Sequence record: ON528732
Length of the DNA: 64,000 bases
Origin: Shigella phage ESh22
Reading direction: 5' to 3' (one strand)
Shown here piece by piece: positions 1 through 7,200 of this stretch; position 1 is the stretch's first letter, and the number at the start of each line of letters is the position of its first letter. A program made the translations under genes and the position numbers. The notes under the pieces are model-generated. The model saw nothing but the letters and a program-made list of their open reading frames with translations. It was not told where the DNA came from and did not search any database.

Positions 1-253
1 CAATGTCAATACCAATTTTAGCGTAACGCTCTTTGATATCATTATCGTTCATCCAAACGAGACACCAATGATTTCTAACAGACTCTTCAAGCTTATGTAC
101 ACAATCTTGGAATGTTGGGGTATCACCTCTTGTACCAATCATGGCGATTACACCATATAGAAACTCACCATTGCCATATGTCACTTGGGCTACACCAATA
201 TCTTTCTCATTATCTGAGAATACGGCTACAATGGTTTTACCATTAAGTTCCAT
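1..253 (-). CDS. hypothetical protein, partial (N-terminal part only; 3' end lies beyond window start)
   Basis: Minus-strand ATG at 251-253, frame open to position 1; start overlaps the end of the upstream small ORF; no motif recognised. Confidence 0.4.
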   Translation of the reverse strand, partial: MELNGKTIVAVFSDNEKDIGVAQVTYGNGEFLYGVIAMIGTRGDTPTFQDCVHKLEESVRNHWCLVWMNDNDIKERYAKIGIDI

Positions 254-413
254 TAGAGATTACCTCTTTAATTTGTTGTAAGATTGCTTCTGAAGCTTCT
301 TCCCATAAGGTAGAGTTTTCAATTGAATCTTTAACCTGTGCAATACCAATATTAAAACGGGTATCACCATACTCTTCAATCAAGTTAAGAAGCTTCTGTT
401 TGTCCACAATCAT
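243..413 (-). CDS. small hypothetical protein (56 aa)
   Basis: Hand-translated minus-strand ORF (MIVDKQKLLNLIEEYGD...), below the ORF-track size cutoff; its ATG overlaps the TGA of ORF 410..679 (ATGA); same strand as flanking operon. Confidence 0.35.
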   Translation of the reverse strand: MIVDKQKLLNLIEEYGDTRFNIGIAQVKDSIENSTLWEEASEAILQQIKEVISNGT

Positions 414-679
414 TCCCTCGTTTTTAACGTTGCGTAGATTTCTTTGGAATCTTCACCGAACCAGATATAGTGATTCTCTTTGATTTCAGGATGGTTGTCA
501 ACACGAATCTTACATTCTCTTCCAACATGTTTTAACTGTGCCGTGATTCCCTGTATGAATAGGTGACACATGATATCATCCATGATTGTTGGTAAGAAGT
601 CAATTCTCATGTAAGTGTTGCTTGGTCTTGGGAGTAGTAGATAACCTTCTACATAGAACGTTTCATTCTTCTCTGTCAT
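410..679 (-). CDS. hypothetical protein (89 aa)
   Basis: ORF track; ATG at 677-679 overlaps the stop of the upstream o-spanin ORF (ATGA). Confidence 0.5.
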   Translation of the reverse strand: MTEKNETFYVEGYLLLPRPSNTYMRIDFLPTIMDDIMCHLFIQGITAQLKHVGRECKIRVDNHPEIKENHYIWFGEDSKEIYATLKTRE

Positions 680-945
680 TGCTGCTTATTCCCTAACAAA
701 ATCATATCAATCAAATTGTTTGCCTTGATAGCACATTCATAGAATCCATCACGATAAAACTCCATAGCACTAGCAAGGTCTTCACCCTTAGTACCTTTGA
801 CAGTGTACCTAGTTTCTTCCTGAGTGTACTTGTCACTCTCACTTACTTGGGAGTTTTTGAAGGTACTGTTCACCTTGTTCATTGAACACCCTGACATAAG
901 ACTCAGTAGCACAAATATTAAGAAACTCTGTCTTAGTTTTTTCAT
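676..945 (-). CDS. outer-membrane spanin (o-spanin, Rz1-like lipoprotein)
   Basis: 89 aa with signal peptide and lipobox (LSLMSG-C); gene starts inside the 3' part of the i-spanin ORF in another frame (overlap 839-945), the classic overlapped spanin architecture. Confidence 0.65.
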   Translation of the reverse strand: MKKLRQSFLIFVLLSLMSGCSMNKVNSTFKNSQVSESDKYTQEETRYTVKGTKGEDLASAMEFYRDGFYECAIKANNLIDMILLGNKQQ

Positions 946-1186
946 AAGTTAATACCTCTTTTGTGTGTTTGTTTTTAGCAAGCACATCTTTCAAATCGTT
1001 TTTGTAATTAGCGCTAAGGTTTGCTAAACCTTCTTGGTAAGCATCCTTAGCAACACTAACCAATCTCTGATTAGTCAACTCTTTCTCGTTAACTTGGCTG
1101 GTCTTGTAAGTATAACCTCCCCAAGCACCAACACCTAACAGAAACATGATTACAAAAGCAGCTTGACAAAATTCTTTAAATGTCAT
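839..1186 (-). CDS. inner-membrane spanin (i-spanin, Rz-like)
   Basis: 115 aa with N-terminal transmembrane helix (FVIMFLLGVGAWGG) then charged, helix-rich periplasmic domain; contains the embedded lipoprotein ORF; near the endolysin. Confidence 0.65.
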   Translation of the reverse strand: MTFKEFCQAAFVIMFLLGVGAWGGYTYKTSQVNEKELTNQRLVSVAKDAYQEGLANLSANYKNDLKDVLAKNKHTKEVLTYEKTKTEFLNICATESYVRVFNEQGEQYLQKLPSK

Positions 1187-1204
1187 TTAACTTCTCCTAG
1201 AAAT

Positions 1205-1229
1205 GAAAAAGGCTCCCGAAGGAGCCTCT
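1205..1229 (-). terminator. intrinsic terminator (GAGGCTCC-TTCG-GGAGCCTC hairpin + U5), placed directly before the RBS of the next gene
   Basis: Minus-strand reading: perfect 8-bp GC-rich stem, tetraloop, then TTTTT; between ORF 1239..1703 and the i-spanin start. Confidence 0.6.
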
Positions 1230-1238
1230 ATATTAACC

Positions 1239-1703
1239 TTAACCTAGAACTTTAGCAAGCACATTTGCAGCCATTGTTGAGGCTTTAGCAGCAGCGTTAA
1301 CCCCAGCTTTAATGGTGCTGTCCTTGATAGCTGATACCGTTGCAGCATCAGTAAACAGATAAGTGGTAGTCTTTTCACCACTTGTGAAGGAAAGCATAAG
1401 AGCAGTTTCCAGATTGAAGGAACGGTATGGTGCTCCCTGTTTTACAATCCCTGCTGCACCAAGTTCTGAAGCCATACCCATATCATAGATGGTCATCAGA
1501 TTTTCTTTGTGGGCAGTTGTAGAACCAACACCTTTAACGTGTTTAGAAACATTCAGCAGAGCACGATACTCACGAATTTCTCCGTCAGCTTTGACGTTTA
1601 CTGCTCGGAAGATTTTACCTTCAAAGTTGTCTTTGATGATACGACGAACAACTTCAGATTTGTTTCCGGTTGCATCGATAGCTACTGTGATAATATTTTG
1701 CAT
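1239..1703 (-). CDS. hypothetical protein (154 aa)
   Basis: ORF track; followed by an intrinsic terminator; no motif recognised. Confidence 0.55.
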   Translation of the reverse strand: MQNIITVAIDATGNKSEVVRRIIKDNFEGKIFRAVNVKADGEIREYRALLNVSKHVKGVGSTTAHKENLMTIYDMGMASELGAAGIVKQGAPYRSFNLETALMLSFTSGEKTTTYLFTDAATVSAIKDSTIKAGVNAAAKASTMAANVLAKVLG

Positions 1704-1714
1704 GGTTTTATCTC

Positions 1715-2410
1715 TCAGTTTTTAACTAACATTGTTTTAATGTGTGGAAGGATTCTTTCGACCTTTGCCACGTTCTTTACTGTATCTTCTATAAAGCATA
1801 CTACATCATAGTAAGGTAGAATGCAAGACTGAAGCATACGAACTTTCAAACTTTCTGCACTAATCTCATTGTCACCGAATCCACGCATAAATAGTAGGAA
1901 GTCACTGTCTGTGTTCTCATTCAGGAAGAGATGTGTAACCACTCTTTGTGATTCACCACGAGCAGTTAAGAATCCTATATCAGCATTCTGTGAGATTCCA
2001 CATAGGATGTTAAAAACATAAGTTGGTTTAGCCCTGTGAGAGTCTACCAAGTTTGTGTACTGTGAGTAAGTACCATCATCTAACAAGGTTGCATTAAGAC
2101 TTTTGTCAAAGCTTGTAAGAACTCCGTCAATATCTGCCAGAACCATTTTACGTTTTGCTTCTAAGTCTTTTGCAACTAAGATGAGGCTGTTACGATTTAC
2201 ATACACAGTCTTACCAGTTAGCAAATCTTGACAAGGAATCTTTGTCATCGTTGAGTGAAAATCTTCAAAACGACACACAACATATCTTGCTGTATCTGCA
2301 AAGTCAGCTTTAACAGTTTCTGACCAGCTTGCAGAACTGATATCTAAATCCAAAGGTTTGATATCATAAGCATGACACAGCACCTTATCAAATTGTTTTG
2401 ATTCGCTCAT
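1715..2410 (-). CDS. HAD-superfamily-like hydrolase (possible nucleotidase/phosphatase)
   Basis: 231 aa; 'VLADIDGVLT' resembles HAD motif I (DxDG[TV]); assignment by motif only. Confidence 0.4.
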   Translation of the reverse strand: MSESKQFDKVLCHAYDIKPLDLDISSASWSETVKADFADTARYVVCRFEDFHSTMTKIPCQDLLTGKTVYVNRNSLILVAKDLEAKRKMVLADIDGVLTSFDKSLNATLLDDGTYSQYTNLVDSHRAKPTYVFNILCGISQNADIGFLTARGESQRVVTHLFLNENTDSDFLLFMRGFGDNEISAESLKVRMLQSCILPYYDVVCFIEDTVKNVAKVERILPHIKTMLVKN

Positions 2411-2936
2411 ATTTTACCTTTTTAATGTTTGTTGCAAACTCACATTGAGCAAGCAGTTGCATGTTATTGTACACGTCTTGAGAGTATTGTCTAGCCTTTG
2501 GAATCTTATATTTGTAACCAGCATTATAAGATGCTAAGACACGCTTCATAGAATACTTTCCATTTGGGTGACCATGTACATTTGTCCAGAAAAGAAGTTC
2601 CTTGTGAGCCTCTTTAGCTGAGTAATGGAAATCACTGATAAGCTTTCTCTTTGCAACGTTAGGTGAAATCTTGTTACGCTTTACAACAGTCTTCAAATGA
2701 TTCTGGAACACTCCATAATCGTGAGTCTTTTTATTAACAACCTTGACACCTAATTGTGACTCTTGTAAGGCTATAGCTGCTAATGGGATTCCCCAACCTT
2801 GTCCCATCTCTTTCTCGCCATAATTGTAAGCCTTTAACATGTTAACTTTCTGGCTAATTGTTAGTTCTGGACAATCTGACGCTGTAGCAACCTGTGCTGT
2901 TAATAATAAGCACAAACCTAAAATGAATTTCTTCAT
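2388..2936 (-). CDS. endolysin, lytic transglycosylase-like (SLT domain) with N-terminal signal peptide
   Basis: ORF 2388..2960, start trimmed to the ATG (MKKFILGLCLLLTAQVATA) that follows an AGGAGA RBS; 'AIALQESQLG' (catalytic Glu-Ser), 'YGVFQ' and 'SYNAGY' resemble SLT signatures; sits in the lysis cassette with the spanins. Confidence 0.6.
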   Translation of the reverse strand: MKKFILGLCLLLTAQVATASDCPELTISQKVNMLKAYNYGEKEMGQGWGIPLAAIALQESQLGVKVVNKKTHDYGVFQNHLKTVVKRNKISPNVAKRKLISDFHYSAKEAHKELLFWTNVHGHPNGKYSMKRVLASYNAGYKYKIPKARQYSQDVYNNMQLLAQCEFATNIKKVKYERIKTI

Positions 2937-2967
2937 TGGGTCTCCTATTTTGTTAAACATGCAGACA

Positions 2968-2995
2968 ATTATACACCATCCTGCACATTTTTCAA
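2968..2995 (-). promoter_or_regulatory. sigma70-like promoter (-35 TTGAAA, 16-nt spacer, -10 TATAAT) upstream of the endolysin
   Basis: Minus-strand reading of 2968-2995 gives TTGAAA-N16-TATAAT; lies between the terminator at 2997-3021 and the endolysin RBS. Confidence 0.5.
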
Positions 2996-2996
2996 A

Positions 2997-3021
2997 TAAA
3001 AAAGGCTGCCGAAGCAGCCCT
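2997..3021 (-). terminator. intrinsic terminator (GGCTGC-TTCG-GCAGCC + U6) after rIIB
   Basis: GC stem, UUCG loop, U-tract on minus strand immediately 3' of the ORF ending at 3038. Confidence 0.6.
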
Positions 3022-3037
3022 TTAGGATTCTTACTAA

Positions 3038-4147
3038 TTAAACTTCACGTTTACGCTGAGAAATCAGTTCACCAGCAGTACCTACAACTACGTGTAGTGC
3101 TTCTGAACCATCCCACTCTTTAACAACTTCACGACGGCCATTCACGATTGCTGCTACTTCATAACGGGAAGCTCGCATTTTCATATCTTGGTAATCAGTT
3201 GGTACTGATACAACATCTCGTGGGTGTACACGAACTTTCAGGATGGTATCTCCAGAGAAGCTTGTTACATAATCCCAAGCACCAACATGAAGACCCTGAG
3301 AGCAAGTTACGTTACGGTTATTATCAACCATCCAACGTGGCATCTCTACAATGTTACCCAAATCATTAGGAACCTTGCAAGTACGAGAGTCAAACAGTTT
3401 ACCACCACGGCTAGTTACTTTCTTCCAACCAATAATGTAACCTTCTTCGTCAATCTCAACGTCAAGATGTGATACGAATCCCCAAAGTTGTTCTACAGAA
3501 TCTTTGGATGGGTTCTCCATCAGCTTCTCGAAGAACGCTAATAGATGGGTAAATCCTTCATCACCATTCTTCATCATGGTCAGGATACGGTCTACCAGAG
3601 TTGAACGCATCTGAACAGCACCGTAGTACAGGTTATCACCCTTGATAGTGATAGCACCCTGAGTGAAGTTCTCAATAGACTTACGGATATTCATAAGGTC
3701 AAATGCTTTCTTGTACTCACCTGAAACGACTGCTACTTTGATTTCTGCAAAGTTTGGATGAGTTGATTCAACAATCTCAGACTCTGCACCGAAAGTCATG
3801 ATAACAGAATCACCAGTAATCATGTACTCAATCTTGCTGTTACTTTGCATTGCATCATGTAGAGCATTTACTGGTTCGGCTTTGACTTCTTCTTTCTTAA
3901 CAGCTTTTACAACAGTAGTCTTGGAAGTTGCTTTCTTAGAAGTCTTAGCAGCTTTTGCAATAGACTTCAGAGTTTTGGCTAGTTTAGCTGGAGCCTTATC
4001 CAGAGTTGCTTGGTGACGTTCTACAGCACGACCAACAGAACGAGTTGAAGTTTTGTAACGATTTGCAATGGCAGTCTTGGTCAGTTTACCTTCCATTACC
4101 AGTGCATAGATTTCTGCGTCGATTTGTGCTTTAGTTTTAGTAGTCAT
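3038..4147 (-). CDS. rIIB: rIIB-like protein
   Basis: 369 aa, directly downstream of rIIA on the same strand (conserved rIIA-rIIB order); Lys/Ala-rich basic region; assignment mainly by synteny. Confidence 0.5.
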   Translation of the reverse strand: MTTKTKAQIDAEIYALVMEGKLTKTAIANRYKTSTRSVGRAVERHQATLDKAPAKLAKTLKSIAKAAKTSKKATSKTTVVKAVKKEEVKAEPVNALHDAMQSNSKIEYMITGDSVIMTFGAESEIVESTHPNFAEIKVAVVSGEYKKAFDLMNIRKSIENFTQGAITIKGDNLYYGAVQMRSTLVDRILTMMKNGDEGFTHLLAFFEKLMENPSKDSVEQLWGFVSHLDVEIDEEGYIIGWKKVTSRGGKLFDSRTCKVPNDLGNIVEMPRWMVDNNRNVTCSQGLHVGAWDYVTSFSGDTILKVRVHPRDVVSVPTDYQDMKMRASRYEVAAIVNGRREVVKEWDGSEALHVVVGTAGELISQRKREV

Positions 4148-4182
4148 CTTAATATCTCTCTTTAGTTAATTAACAGTTTCGT

Positions 4183-4211
4183 ATTCTAAGGGGCTTTTCA
4201 GCCCCTGTCAA
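4183..4211 (-). promoter_or_regulatory. promoter-like element with hairpin spacer: TTGACA-GGGGCUGAAAAGCCCC-TTAGAAT
   Basis: Minus-strand reading: consensus -35 TTGACA, 17-nt spacer made entirely of a GGGGCUG/CAGCCCC hairpin, -10-like TAGAAT; in the rIIA-rIIB intergenic gap about 30 nt upstream of the rIIB start. Confidence 0.45.
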
Positions 4212-4217
4212 ACTCTT

Positions 4218-6587
4218 TTAAGACCAAGAATTAGTATCTTCTGGGATGTGCTTAACATCAAACCCTAAGAACTTACCAACCTCAACAGGTGATACTTTAT
4301 TCCAGTCTAAGTTAGAAAGCAAGAAGTTTTCTGTGCGACGATGCTCAAAATACTTCTCAATTTTCCTTTTAAGACGGCTCTTAGCTTTGTCAAGAGACTG
4401 TCTCATCTTAGTCTTAGGCCGCATTGCTTTACGTAAGGACTCCAGAACACTGCTAGTACCCTCATAAGCAATAGTCCCAGCAGAGTAAGCCAAACGTCCA
4501 AACATTGCTTCTACAGCGTCTTCGTTACCTTCTAAGAACATCGTAAATTTGATATCCTTGGAGTAAACATAACCTTTAGACTTCTTCTTATTATTAAACG
4601 TAAATTCACGAGAAATAATATGTTTATCAGTCAGGTCACACTTATTTGCAGCCCACTGGTAAATCATGTGACGATGGTAATCTACCCAATGAGAACTGTC
4701 AACATAATCTTTGAAGACTTGTTCAGTTACTTCAATCCAGTCTTCCGGTACTTTCTTCCAGTTTGCTTTACGGAAGACATACACAGACTGCCCAGTTAAC
4801 TCTGTCACGAGTTTAGCAGCAGTCTCTGGAGAACATGAGAACAAGCCACCAATTACTTCATCACTTTGTGCTTTGATGTAAAGTTGTGGTTCTTCAATCT
4901 CATCAAAGTTCTCTTTAACTTCTGAGTAACCTACTTGGTCATCATTGAAGACAAAAGCTTTGTAGAGTTTAACAACTCCACGAGTAATTGTACGTTTCTC
5001 GTAATGGTGCTCTTTAGATGACATATTGTGAACACTTAGCAGACTCTTATCAAGCATGTGTAGCGTTACAAACGCATCAAATTGTTCCTGACTGTTAAAC
5101 AGGAATGCAATACCATTGTAGCGACGGAAGTTTGACTCTTCTTGTTCACGGTCACGGCAAGCACCACGAATAATCTGATTCTTACCAGTTGTCTTTTCAG
5201 TACCATTCTTGTTTCGACGGTCATTGATAAGGAACAGGTAATTGCTCAACTTATCTTTACTCATTGCACCGAAGATACTAAACATTGCAGAGTCTTGTGT
5301 ATGCGTGGCTGAAGTTGCACGAATACGATTCTCAAGACTGCTGTATTTGTAGTATGCAACAGGTTCATACAAGTTACCGATATTAGGAACCTGATTACCA
5401 TCTTTGTCAAGACGGAAGTTACCATTCTCATCTTTTAAGAAGGATGGTGAACCATCAGTCTCAGCCAATTGACCACGGCGAATACCCAAAAGTTTACGTT
5501 CAAGGTCTGCTAAGTTCTGACCTTGCCACTCTAACTTATCATTAACGTGATAGAATATTTCACGAGCATTCTTCCTCATATCATCATAAGCTTGTGCAGC
5601 GTCAATCAACGTGGGTTTGTCTGCAACCTCTTTAATAACATCCTCAACAATAGTTGAAGTAATCTTTTTAACTGCTTCAACAATTTTGTTTTTGGTAGTG
5701 TCGTTCATCTGCAATGCTTCACGAGATGCAGCAATAGCCACTGAACCAATCGGCATGTAGATGTTTACAAGGTCTACAGAACTACGGAAGAACTGAGGCA
5801 GAACCGTTGTAAATTCTGAACCAAGTAATTCACCCATTTCAACAGGGTATGCAATATTCCCCATTACAACGTTGAAGTGAACACTGTTATTGTTTGAGCG
5901 CCAACCCTCTTTGTATTTCATTGCATCATAAACACCATCTTCACGAGAGATTGAAGTCATTGCTGCAAGAATATCGAAGAACTCAATGTTGCAATCTGGT
6001 TTAACTTTAAAGTATGAGAATACATTACTTGCTTCTTCTTGGAACTTAGAAATGCGACTCTCAGAGACTGCTACTCGAACTGCTAAACCATTTGGTTCAG
6101 TTGTTGGGTTAGTAGTCAGTTTAGTAACTTGAGGAATACCATTCTCAAGATATACAGAGTACTTGTTAACAACACCATCAACGTAGCTTGATACAGTGAA
6201 TGATTGAGCAATTGCAAACGGTGACTTTGAACCGATACCCATAGCACCGATGTAGTCATTTGAGTCATTCTTTGTTGACTCTCCGTAGGTCATGTAAAGT
6301 TTCATTACTTTATCATGGGTCAATCCAGTACCAAAGTCTCGAACTTCAAAGTACGGCTCAAAACGAGTTGGTAAGTGAACCAAGAAAGGTTTATCACTAT
6401 TACCTGAATCAATGTGAGCATCTACTGCGTTACAGGATAACTCACGAATTACAGCACGTTCTTTGTAGGTGTATACACCAGAACTCAGAAGACTAAACAT
6501 TTCAGGTGTCATCTTAATCTGAGCTTGAGAAGTTTCTAAAGTGTCTGAACTTTTGATAATCTCTGCGTGGTCATTTACCATACGCAT
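4218..6587 (-). CDS. rIIA: rIIA protein (GHKL/histidine-kinase-like ATPase N-terminal domain)
   Basis: 789 aa; 'IRELSCNAVDAH' (N-box), 'RDFGTGL' (G1 box) and 'GAMGIGSKSPF' (G2 box) match the ATPase motifs recalled for T4 rIIA; followed by an rIIB-like gene. Confidence 0.8.
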   Translation of the reverse strand: MRMVNDHAEIIKSSDTLETSQAQIKMTPEMFSLLSSGVYTYKERAVIRELSCNAVDAHIDSGNSDKPFLVHLPTRFEPYFEVRDFGTGLTHDKVMKLYMTYGESTKNDSNDYIGAMGIGSKSPFAIAQSFTVSSYVDGVVNKYSVYLENGIPQVTKLTTNPTTEPNGLAVRVAVSESRISKFQEEASNVFSYFKVKPDCNIEFFDILAAMTSISREDGVYDAMKYKEGWRSNNNSVHFNVVMGNIAYPVEMGELLGSEFTTVLPQFFRSSVDLVNIYMPIGSVAIAASREALQMNDTTKNKIVEAVKKITSTIVEDVIKEVADKPTLIDAAQAYDDMRKNAREIFYHVNDKLEWQGQNLADLERKLLGIRRGQLAETDGSPSFLKDENGNFRLDKDGNQVPNIGNLYEPVAYYKYSSLENRIRATSATHTQDSAMFSIFGAMSKDKLSNYLFLINDRRNKNGTEKTTGKNQIIRGACRDREQEESNFRRYNGIAFLFNSQEQFDAFVTLHMLDKSLLSVHNMSSKEHHYEKRTITRGVVKLYKAFVFNDDQVGYSEVKENFDEIEEPQLYIKAQSDEVIGGLFSCSPETAAKLVTELTGQSVYVFRKANWKKVPEDWIEVTEQVFKDYVDSSHWVDYHRHMIYQWAANKCDLTDKHIISREFTFNNKKKSKGYVYSKDIKFTMFLEGNEDAVEAMFGRLAYSAGTIAYEGTSSVLESLRKAMRPKTKMRQSLDKAKSRLKRKIEKYFEHRRTENFLLSNLDWNKVSPVEVGKFLGFDVKHIPEDTNSWS

Positions 6588-6619
6588 AACAGGATTCCTC
6601 TTTGTTGTTTGGTGAGGTA

Positions 6620-6649
6620 ACTATATTCTTTTATAGATACCTCTGTCAA
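6620..6649 (-). promoter_or_regulatory. sigma70-like promoter candidate upstream of rIIA (-35 TTGACA, -10 TATAGT)
   Basis: Minus-strand reading TTGACA-N18-TATAGT about 35 nt upstream of the rIIA ATG. Confidence 0.35.
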
Positions 6650-6650
6650 G

Positions 6651-6830
6651 TTACTTTTTAAATTTCTTTCCAGTTCCGTTACAGTAAGGGCAACAATGCC
6701 CAATACCAGCTATTCCAGAACCTTCACACTCATTACATGGTTCAGTCTCTGCAAAGTACTTGCAAAGCAATACTGCAATAGCAACAATACAACCAAGTGA
6801 TAAGATAATCTCTAACCAATAACCTTGCAT
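6651..6830 (-). CDS. small membrane-anchored protein with two CxxCxGxG (DnaJ-type zinc-finger) motifs, 59 aa
   Basis: Hand-translated, absent from the ORF track (<60 aa): MQGYWLEIILSLGCIVAIAVLLCKYFAETEPCNECEGSGIAGIGHCCPYCNGTGKKFKK; hydrophobic N-terminus, then CNECEGSG and CPYCNGTG. Confidence 0.4.
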   Translation of the reverse strand: MQGYWLEIILSLGCIVAIAVLLCKYFAETEPCNECEGSGIAGIGHCCPYCNGTGKKFKK

Positions 6831-7147
6831 ACATTCTCTCCTACAGTTTTGAACAGGATAAAGCTTCTGTCATGAACGATGCTTGAAGAGACTGCAAAAT
6901 TATCTTCAAGGATTCTTTTGTTCGGATTATAGAAGTGTTCACAGAACAGGTCAAGGGCTTCTTGGTGATTTTGTGGAAGACCTTTGATGTAAACCTTCAA
7001 AGTAATCGTTGTATGAATCTCAGAAGCAAGTTGAGTCTGAGCTTCCTGCATAATCTTGTTAACAAACTTATAACCATCTTCAGTACATTTGATGTTTTCC
7101 CAACGTTCTTCTAAGATAAGGTTGATATTCATCTGCTTAATTTTCAT
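6812..7147 (-). CDS. hypothetical protein (111 aa)
   Basis: ORF track; preceded by a terminator-RBS block. Confidence 0.5.
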   Translation of the reverse strand: MKIKQMNINLILEERWENIKCTEDGYKFVNKIMQEAQTQLASEIHTTITLKVYIKGLPQNHQEALDLFCEHFYNPNKRILEDNFAVSSSIVHDRSFILFKTVGENVCKVIG

Positions 7148-7164
7148 AGCATTCTCCAGAAATT

Positions 7165-7187
7165 AAAAAGGCTCCCGTAGGAGCCTC
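7165..7187 (-). terminator. intrinsic terminator (GGCTCC-UACG-GGAGCC + U5); element about 45 nt long, near-identical to the one at 1205-1229
   Basis: Hairpin + U-tract on minus strand after the NAMPT-like gene; flanks (TATTATAAG ... AATTTCTGGAGAA-ATG) conserved with the 1205 copy. Confidence 0.6.
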
Positions 7188-7200
7188 TTATAATACTCAG

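Noticed and set aside
1489-1811. Plus-strand ORFs 1489..1725 and 1509..1811 (and similar 60-110 aa plus-strand ORFs throughout 1-28690 and 38169-62000)
   Set aside because: They lie antisense inside longer minus-strand genes with motifs or synteny support, lack RBS context and are typical AT-rich chance ORFs.
4183-4211. Reading the GGGGCUGAAAAGCCCC hairpins simply as intrinsic terminators
   Set aside because: Unlike the roughly twelve canonical terminators in the window, they are not followed by a U-tract on the transcribed strand; kept as a separate regulatory class.
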